DNA of 64,000 bases from Chthoniobacteraceae bacterium (GTDB taxonomy: Bacteria; Verrucomicrobiota; Verrucomicrobiia; Chthoniobacterales; Chthoniobacteraceae): contig JBBCKI010000048.1 in assembly GCA_037190965.1 (NCBI GenBank), positions 32,001-96,000 of the forward strand, given 5' to 3'. The first letter of the stretch is position 1; the number at the start of each line of letters is the position of its first letter. The notes beneath the pieces were generated by a model. It did no database searches. It worked only from the letters and a program-made list of their open reading frames with translations, and was not told where the DNA came from. Both the position numbers and the translations under genes were made by a program. Shown here piece after piece: positions 57,310 to 64,000 of this stretch.

Positions 57310-58209
57310 TCACCCGCCGTGCACTCCTCGTCTGGTCTCCCGCGGAGTGCTTCCAGCCCAGCGTCGAAAGGCCCGGCTGAAATAGCTGGGATCCCGGAAA
57401 CCGGCTGCTTCGCTAACCTCCGCGATATTCAAAGTGGAGTTCTCCAACAGCACCTGGGCCCGCATCAAACGCTGGCCATTGATATAAGCCTGCAGGGTGC
57501 CGCCCGTTGTTTTCCGGAAAAGCTGGGAGAGATAGTCGGCGCTGCATTGAAGCTCCCGCGCCAGGCGCGCAACGGAGAGATCAGGGTCGGCCAGGAGTTG
57601 AATGACCCAGTGCCTTGCCTGGGTCACCTTGAAGGGCTCCCTTCGGGAGGGCGCGCTGGATCCCTCCAACGCCGCCAGCAGTAGGGAAAGATGAGCAAGC
57701 ATCAACCCCTTCAACCCGATGAGACGAGCCGATCCGGAGGAATGGGCCAGTTCAGCCGCCTCATCCAGCAACGCGACAACGCCCGGCCCGATCTTGCCAA
57801 TCGAGCTGCCGACAACCCCGACCGGGACCCCCCGGGGCTTTTCGTGAGCAAGATGGAAGTACCCCTCGCGGGCAAACATAAAGACCAGATTCGCGAAGGG
57901 CCCCTGCCAGGCTCGCACCCGCTCGAAATGCGGCATCCCACGGGGCACCAAACAAATCTCACCGGGGCCGACCCGGATTTTTTCCTCGGGAAATTCAAAA
58001 ACCGTCACCCCCGACAATTGAATAAATAATTCGGGATGGAGGTGAAACACCTTCCCAGGGAGGAGCCGCATCACTCCCCGCAACCTGGGGATTCGCACCG
58101 GAATTCGCCCCGCGTCCATTTCCCCAATCCAGCGCCGAAGAGTCTCACGGGTGAAATCACGCAATTCGTTTTCCGTGGAAGGCGAACCTTTGGAGGCGAA
58201 AATCGACAC
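57310..58209 (-). CDS. AraC family regulator with cupin sensor
   Basis: HLHPELF, GFRDPSYFSRAFRR. Confidence 0.93.
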   Translation of the reverse strand: MSIFASKGSPSTENELRDFTRETLRRWIGEMDAGRIPVRIPRLRGVMRLLPGKVFHLHPELFIQLSGVTVFEFPEEKIRVGPGEICLVPRGMPHFERVRAWQGPFANLVFMFAREGYFHLAHEKPRGVPVGVVGSSIGKIGPGVVALLDEAAELAHSSGSARLIGLKGLMLAHLSLLLAALEGSSAPSRREPFKVTQARHWVIQLLADPDLSVARLARELQCSADYLSQLFRKTTGGTLQAYINGQRLMRAQVLLENSTLNIAEVSEAAGFRDPSYFSRAFRRWAGSTPRETRRGVHGG

Positions 58210-58366
58210 CTCGGATATGTCCTATTTTTAGGAGGGATTGTCCAAACAATCCTGATTGAGACCTGCTTGCGACGGGATTAATACAGAAGGAAAGTGAAAC
58301 TTCCCCCGCCCGCGCTTCATCGCGAGTAAGAAAGGATAAATTCTAATCCAACCTGTCATCCAACCC

Positions 58367-59107
58367 ATGAGCACGCCCAGGCCCATTCAAGTCACCATCT
58401 GGAACGAGTACCGCCACGAGAAAAAGAACGAAGCCATCCGGAAAATTTATCCCGAAGGAATGCACCGCACCCTGGCGGACGCCCTCGGGAAGCACGCAGA
58501 CTTTTGCGTGCGGACGGCCACCCTCGACGAACCGGAGCATGGCCTCACCGCCGAGGTCCTCGACGATACCGATGTCCTCCTCTGGTGGGGGCATATCGCC
58601 CATGCCGAAGTCAGCGACGAAGTCGTCAACCGCGTGCAAAAGCGCGTGTTGGAGGGGATGGGGCTGATCGTGCTCCACTCAGGGCACTATTCGAAGATCT
58701 TCAAGCGACTGATGGGCACCACCTGCTCGCTACGCTGGCGGGAGTCGACCGACAAGGAGCGGCTCTGGAATCTGGAACCCGGCCACCCCATCACCCAGGG
58801 GATCGGCGACACCATCGAACTGCCGCGCCATGAGATGTACGGAGAACGCTTCGACATCCCGACCCCCGACGAGTTGATCTTCGTCTCCTGGTTCAGCGGC
58901 GGGGAGATCTTCCGGAGCGGCTGCACCTGGCGGCGAGGCCACGGGAAAGTCTTCTATTTCAGCCCGGGCCACGAAACCTACCCGATCTATCATAACGCGC
59001 AGATCCAGCAGGTCATCACCAATGCGGTTCGCTGGGCAAAGCCGCAGGTGCGCATCGCCGATGCCGCCCCGCGGGTCGAGCCGCGCGAAATCCTTCCCGC
59101 AGAATAA
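58367..59107 (+). CDS. thuA: ThuA-like trehalose utilization protein
   Basis: [30 protein letters not shown]. Confidence 0.9.
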   Translation: MSTPRPIQVTIWNEYRHEKKNEAIRKIYPEGMHRTLADALGKHADFCVRTATLDEPEHGLTAEVLDDTDVLLWWGHIAHAEVSDEVVNRVQKRVLEGMGLIVLHSGHYSKIFKRLMGTTCSLRWRESTDKERLWNLEPGHPITQGIGDTIELPRHEMYGERFDIPTPDELIFVSWFSGGEIFRSGCTWRRGHGKVFYFSPGHETYPIYHNAQIQQVITNAVRWAKPQVRIADAAPRVEPREILPAE

Positions 59108-59125
59108 ACTCCCGATTCATAGACC

Positions 59126-60166
59126 ATGAAAAAACTTAAAGTCGGCGTGATCGGACTCGGCATGGGCCGGTTCCATCTACTCGAATACAAAAACCACCCG
59201 CAGGTTGAACTGGCGGCGGTGGCGGATCTCGATGAAAAACGATTGGCCAATGCCGTCACCGAGTGCGGTGTCGCACGGACCTACACCTCCGCCGAGGAGA
59301 TGTTGGAAAAAGAATCGCTCGACCTCGTCAGCATCTGCACCCCCAACAAATTCCACAAGCCGCTGACCGTCGCGGCTCTTCGCGCCGGATGCCATGTGCT
59401 TTGCGAGAAGCCGATGGCAATGAACGCGACTGAAGCCCGGGAGATGCTGGAGGCAGCGCGCAAGGCGGATCGCCGCCTGATGATCAACTTCTCCTATCGA
59501 TTCAGCGACCAGAGCTTCGCGCTCAAAAAGCAGGTGGAAAGCGGCATCCTCGGCGACATCTACTTCGGGCGGTCGATCTGGCATCGCCGCCGTGGCATTC
59601 CCGGCTTTGGCGGATGGTTCGGCATCAAAGAGCTCTCCGGCGGCGGCCCGCTGATCGATCTTGGCGTCCATCGGCTCGACCTCGCTCTCTGGCTCATGGG
59701 CTACCCGAAGCCGACCTGGGTGATGGGCTCCGCCTACGACCCGATCGCCCGGGAACTGGCCGCAAAAGAAGGAAAGAAGTTCGACGTCGAAGATCTCGCC
59801 GCCGCCTGCATCAAGTTTGAAAACGGGGCGACGCTGATGATCGAGGCTTCATGGGCTTCCAATTCGAAAAAGAACGAACAGATGGAAACGATTCTCTTCG
59901 GAACCAAGGGCGGGCTTACCCAGCGGAACGTTGGCGAAGGATATGGATCATTCGAAGCCGAGATCCACCTGGAATCCCAGGGCTGCCAGTTCGACATGAA
60001 GCTTCACCCTCCAGTGCCTGCGGCCAAGAAATCGATGATCCATTTTGTGGACGCCATTCTCAACAATGAGCCGCACATCGCCACCGGCGAAGAAGGCCTC
60101 ATCGTGATGGAGATTCTCGACGCGATCTATGAGAGCGCGAGAACCGGCGCGCCGGTGAAGATCTAG
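59126..60166 (+). CDS. Gfo/Idh/MocA oxidoreductase
   Basis: GVIGLG, CEKPMA, DLGVHRLD. Confidence 0.93.
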   Translation: MKKLKVGVIGLGMGRFHLLEYKNHPQVELAAVADLDEKRLANAVTECGVARTYTSAEEMLEKESLDLVSICTPNKFHKPLTVAALRAGCHVLCEKPMAMNATEAREMLEAARKADRRLMINFSYRFSDQSFALKKQVESGILGDIYFGRSIWHRRRGIPGFGGWFGIKELSGGGPLIDLGVHRLDLALWLMGYPKPTWVMGSAYDPIARELAAKEGKKFDVEDLAAACIKFENGATLMIEASWASNSKKNEQMETILFGTKGGLTQRNVGEGYGSFEAEIHLESQGCQFDMKLHPPVPAAKKSMIHFVDAILNNEPHIATGEEGLIVMEILDAIYESARTGAPVKI

Positions 60167-60211
60167 GAGAAAATCGGAAAGCGGAGACTGGAGGAAAGGT
60201 TTCCGCTTTCC

Positions 60212-61612
60212 CTAATAGCTTTTCCGCATGTTGCTCGGCAGGATGCCGAGTTCCGAGCGGTATTTGGCAACGGTGCGCCGGGCGATAGGGATGCCGCGAT
60301 CCGTCAGGATATCGACGATTTCCTTGTCGGAGAGCGGGTTGCGGGTGTCCTCTCCCCGCACCAGTTCGCCAATGGCGTTTTTCACGCTGGTATTGCTCAT
60401 CGCCTCGCCATCCGAGGTCTTGTACCCCGGCGTGAAGAAATATTTCATCTCAAACACACCCCATGGGGTGGCAATATATTTGCCGGAGATGGCGCGGCTG
60501 ACGGTCGTCTCATGAACCCCGACCGCGTCGGCAATTTGCACCATCGTCAGGGGCCGAAGGGCGGTCGGGCCCTGTTCGAAAAAATCAAGCTGCCGGGTTA
60601 AAATTTCGTGCGCGATATTGGAGATCGTCTGCTGCCGCTGATGGATGCTCTTGATGAGAAACTTGCCGCTGCGAATTTTATCCCGGATGTAGTCACGCAC
60701 ATCCATCGGGTTTCCGTCCCGAGCCATCAGGTCTTTGTAGGTATTGGAAATTCTTAGATGCGGAATCTGGTCGCCATTCAGCGTGACCTGCCAATCGCCC
60801 CCCGCTTTTTCAATCGCGACATCCGGCAGAACATAATTGTTCGGGTTCGGCGTAAAGATCTGCCCGGGCTTGGGGTCGAGCGATGCGATGAAGTTCGCAC
60901 ACCGTTGGATCTGTTCCACCGTGGTTCCCAACTTGCGTGCGATCTCGGGAAAACGCCGCTTCCCAAGGTCCTCCAGATGCGACGCCACGATGCGATACTC
61001 CATACTCCCCTCTTTGCCCAGCCGCCTAAGCTGGATAAGAAGGCAGTCCCGCAAATCGCGCGCACCCACGCCGACGGGATGAAAGCTCTGCACCACATCC
61101 AGAACGCTCCGGATGGATTCCACCGCAAGCCCGGTATTCTGCGCCATCTCTTCGACGGAGGCCTGAAGAAAACCGAGGTCGTCGATGTTGCCGATAATCA
61201 GTTCCGCAATCTTCCGGTTCTCAAGACCCACCTCGCTCGTCTGCAGCTGATCAAGCAGATGCGCCTGAAGCGTCTCCTGCCCGACGATTGAGTCGAAAAA
61301 GAACTGGCGGCGCTCTTCGTCCTCCTGCGAGCGGCTGGAGTACGCGCTGCTCTGAGACATGAAATCGCGCCATTCTTCATCCAGCTTGGCCAGATGATCG
61401 AACTCCTGTTGAAATTCGTCCAGCTCCCGCTGCTTGTCTTCAAGGCTTGGCTCGGTGCGCTCCTCCTCGATCACCGGATTGACGGCGAGTTCCGCCTGAA
61501 TCAAGGCCCTCAGTTCCAACATGGGAACTTGAAGGATTTGCAGGCTTTGCTGGAGCTGAGGCGCCAGCGTCTGCTGCATGGAGAGGTTCTGAACCTGTTG
61601 CATTCCGGCCAT
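60212..61612 (-). CDS. rpoN: RNA polymerase sigma-54 factor
   Basis: Q/L-rich region I, HETTVSR, ARRTVAKYR RpoN box. Confidence 0.97.
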   Translation of the reverse strand: MAGMQQVQNLSMQQTLAPQLQQSLQILQVPMLELRALIQAELAVNPVIEEERTEPSLEDKQRELDEFQQEFDHLAKLDEEWRDFMSQSSAYSSRSQEDEERRQFFFDSIVGQETLQAHLLDQLQTSEVGLENRKIAELIIGNIDDLGFLQASVEEMAQNTGLAVESIRSVLDVVQSFHPVGVGARDLRDCLLIQLRRLGKEGSMEYRIVASHLEDLGKRRFPEIARKLGTTVEQIQRCANFIASLDPKPGQIFTPNPNNYVLPDVAIEKAGGDWQVTLNGDQIPHLRISNTYKDLMARDGNPMDVRDYIRDKIRSGKFLIKSIHQRQQTISNIAHEILTRQLDFFEQGPTALRPLTMVQIADAVGVHETTVSRAISGKYIATPWGVFEMKYFFTPGYKTSDGEAMSNTSVKNAIGELVRGEDTRNPLSDKEIVDILTDRGIPIARRTVAKYRSELGILPSNMRKSY

Positions 61613-61736
61613 CCGGAGCAAAATACGAGGCAGCGTAATATGAGCAAGCAGAATCCGCGCCAACCCCTCGATAAAAATCAAAATACTGAACCTTTTATCT
61701 ATACTCCGCCCCGATTCCGGGATATACTTTCGCGCC

Positions 61737-62015
61737 ATGAAGATGACCCGCTCGCTCTACTTCCTGGCGATGGCAGGCGCGCTGACCCTTTTTGCGCTAG
61801 CTGATCCCGAACCAATCTTCGGACAGAATCTCCCAGTCGCCCAGGTCACCACGGAGGCCCCTCTGGAAGCGCTCATCACCGAACTCACCGCGCAAAACGC
61901 GGAACTTGCAAAGAACCAGGCAGAGATGGACGCAAAGATCGATCAAATCGCCGAAGCGGTCCGCCAAGCCCGGCTTTATGCGGCCCGCGCCGGCAAAGGA
62001 GGAGCCAAGCCATGA
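61737..62015 (+). CDS. Small exported coiled-coil protein A
   Basis: Signal peptide + ELTAQNAELAKNQ...QARLYAAR. Confidence 0.72.
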   Translation: MKMTRSLYFLAMAGALTLFALADPEPIFGQNLPVAQVTTEAPLEALITELTAQNAELAKNQAEMDAKIDQIAEAVRQARLYAARAGKGGAKP

Positions 62016-62248
62016 GAAACCCGATTGCACACCTGACCCTGGCAGCCACCCTCGCCACCCTTCTCCTCACCGGCGGCAGACTGATCTCCCAAACACAGCC
62101 GCTCGTCGCGAAATCGCCGGAGCAGAGATTGGCGGAACTCAAAGCCGCCAATGCCGAGTTGCTAAAAAAGCAAGCGACGACCCAGGAGAGGCTTGACGCT
62201 CTTCTGAAGGACGCGGAGCAGTTGCGGATCTTCGCGAAGAGAAGCTAA
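62012..62248 (+). CDS. Small exported coiled-coil protein B (paralog of A)
   Basis: Signal peptide + ELKAANAELLKKQ...QLRIFAKR; ATGA overlap. Confidence 0.72.
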   Translation: MRNPIAHLTLAATLATLLLTGGRLISQTQPLVAKSPEQRLAELKAANAELLKKQATTQERLDALLKDAEQLRIFAKRS

Positions 62249-62273
62249 GAGGCGATGCCGCCGGAAGCCAGGT

Positions 62274-62435
62274 GGTGCGGCAGCACCGGTAGCCCGCTCG
62301 CGCCGCCGAGCGCGGGTATCGACTCCCGTGTGCTTTATGAGAGCCACATCCCAATGTCAGCAGCCCGTCCTGCGGGGATGGACGCGAAACGCGGCTCTTC
62401 ACCAATCCCGCGCTCGGCGGCGCGAGCGGGCTACC
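62274..62435 (+). repeat. Family B REP doublet, copy 4
   Basis: GGTAGCCCGCTCGCGCCGCCGAGCGCGGG...CCCGCGCTCGGCGGCGCGAGCGGGCTACC. Confidence 0.9.
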
Positions 62436-62574
62436 CTAGCCGGTCCTCCAATCGGTAACTTTGCGGTCCATGCACCCGGTTAAACAAAGGCAACCTGTTT
62501 TCGATTGAAAACGTAAGGGAATATCCTAGCTTCCACCCAGGTCACACCTTGGCCTACTGAAGCATATCGTCCAA

Positions 62575-63879
62575 ATGGCCTCTTTCGCGTACCTCTTCGA
62601 GCGCTTTCCCGCTCCCACCCAGACCTTTTGTTACCGGGAGGTAGCCGAGATGTGCAGGAAGGGAGTTGAACCGGCCATATTTTCGATCCGACGCCCCTCC
62701 GAGATTCCCTTGGATTGCCCCGAAGAAGTGATCCGCCTGATTCGCCATCTCCCCGAAGAAAGGACTCTCCGGAGTGAAATCGGGCGGTTGCGCGCCGAAC
62801 GCCGGATCGGACGCAAGGCGAGCAAGCAGCTTGCCCTTAACCCCAAGAGGGATGTCCTGCGGATCTACGAGGCGCTCTGGCTCGGCCCGCGTCTTCGGGA
62901 AGAGGGCATTCGGCACGTTCACGCCCACTTCGCCGGAATCGCCGCGCGCACCGCTTATTGGCTCAAAAAGCTCTACGGAATCAGCTATAGCTTTACCGGC
63001 CATGCCAATGATATTTTTTGCGAAACGAGCTTCCCCGTAACGCAGGTCGATCTCATTCGCGAAGCCGCGCTGGTGGTCACGGAAACCGACTACAGTTGCG
63101 ACTGGCTCAAGAAGCATTACCCCCAATGGGCCGGCAAATTCCATCGGGTCTATAACGGCATCGATTCGACCCAGCTTTTACAGGCGGCCCCCACTCCCGG
63201 CAGGCCGCATATCATCTCGGTGGGCCGCTGCATCGAAAAGAAGGGGTTTGCGGACCTGATCGACGCCTGTGCGTTGTTGCGGGATCGAGGAGTGGAGTTC
63301 GAGTGCTCCATCGTCGGCAGCGGGCCGCTGGAAGATTCGCTTCGCGCCCGGGTGACGGAGCGCAGCCTCGACGGAGTGGTCCGGTTGACCGGCTCGCAGC
63401 CGCAGGCGGAAGTACGCTCGCTTCTCTCACGCTCCCACGTCTTCGCACTTGCTTGCAGCACCGAGGCCAATGGAGGCATGGATAACTTTCCCACCGTGAT
63501 TGTCGAAGCGATGGGCAGTAGGCTCCCGATCGTTTCCACCCGCCTGGCGGGAGTACCCGAGATGGTCCAGGAGAACGTCAACGGGTTGCTCGTGAATGAA
63601 CGGGATCCGGCCGCTCTGGCCGTTGCAATCGAGACCCTGCTTGCCGATCCCGAGCGAGCGAGCCGATTCGGAGCTGCCGGGGTCAACCTCGTCGCCGAGA
63701 AATTTGTAGTATCCGTCACTACAGACAGCCTGATCAACCTGCTTGCAAGTCTCCCGCAGGTCCAGATGCCGCCACCCCACCCGCAGCGCAAGGCATCATG
63801 GCTTCAATGGCTGCGGGAACCCATCGCGAGCTTTTTGACCCTGGCCACCGTTGCGGACTCATCCACGATGGGAGCTTAG
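62575..63879 (+). CDS. GT4 glycosyltransferase (WcaL-like)
   Basis: HVHAHF, VGRCIEKKG, DNFPTVIVEAM. Confidence 0.92.
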   Translation: MASFAYLFERFPAPTQTFCYREVAEMCRKGVEPAIFSIRRPSEIPLDCPEEVIRLIRHLPEERTLRSEIGRLRAERRIGRKASKQLALNPKRDVLRIYEALWLGPRLREEGIRHVHAHFAGIAARTAYWLKKLYGISYSFTGHANDIFCETSFPVTQVDLIREAALVVTETDYSCDWLKKHYPQWAGKFHRVYNGIDSTQLLQAAPTPGRPHIISVGRCIEKKGFADLIDACALLRDRGVEFECSIVGSGPLEDSLRARVTERSLDGVVRLTGSQPQAEVRSLLSRSHVFALACSTEANGGMDNFPTVIVEAMGSRLPIVSTRLAGVPEMVQENVNGLLVNERDPAALAVAIETLLADPERASRFGAAGVNLVAEKFVVSVTTDSLINLLASLPQVQMPPPHPQRKASWLQWLREPIASFLTLATVADSSTMGA

Positions 63880-63896
63880 AGCGCTCAAGAAAAGTC

Positions 63897-64000
63897 CGCA
63901 CAAGGACGAGTTGTTGAGAAGAAAATATTAGGGCCTTCGGCCATAGGCGGCGTCGTGGAACTCCGCCCTCCCTCTACCGCGCGGCAAGCGCGCGCAGGGT
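63897..64000. repeat. Family C REP element, copy 2 (truncated by the window end)
   Basis: Reverse complement of about 27858-27961. Confidence 0.85.

Overview
64 kb of a GC-rich bacterial chromosome, most likely Verrucomicrobiota (Chthoniobacterales/Spartobacteria-like). That assignment is inferred from the PEP-CTERM proteins, a Minf_1886-type protein, BlaI/M56 and a fused SBP-permease. The housekeeping core comprises ppdK, rnr, an M16 protease, rpsU, folP-cdaA-(mini cdaR)-glmM-bioD, tRNA-Thr-tuf-tRNA-Trp-secE-nusG-rplKAJL-rpoBC-pduO-rpsB-tsf, hisG, putA, a sugar ABC/AraC/ThuA/Gfo locus, rpoN and a GT4. Accessory parts include two PEP-CTERM surface proteins, a decayed PEP-CTERM paralog, four families of intergenic REP-like palindromes and a REP-bounded island at about 23.4-27.8 kb. 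The best novelty candidate lies in that island. It is an unannotated, roughly 330-nt, densely structured + strand RNA (26178-26523) with a four-way junction, possible loop-loop contacts and a terminator/antiterminator, directly upstream of a DprA/SLOG-like gene. Other highlights: PPDK with a histone-H1-like N-terminal tail next to a PUR-like protein, a 47-aa overlapping CdaR remnant, several small ORFs missed by the ORF track, and structured leaders before rplL and rpoB. All RNA folds were paired by eye and all family names come from motif recognition; no database search was run.
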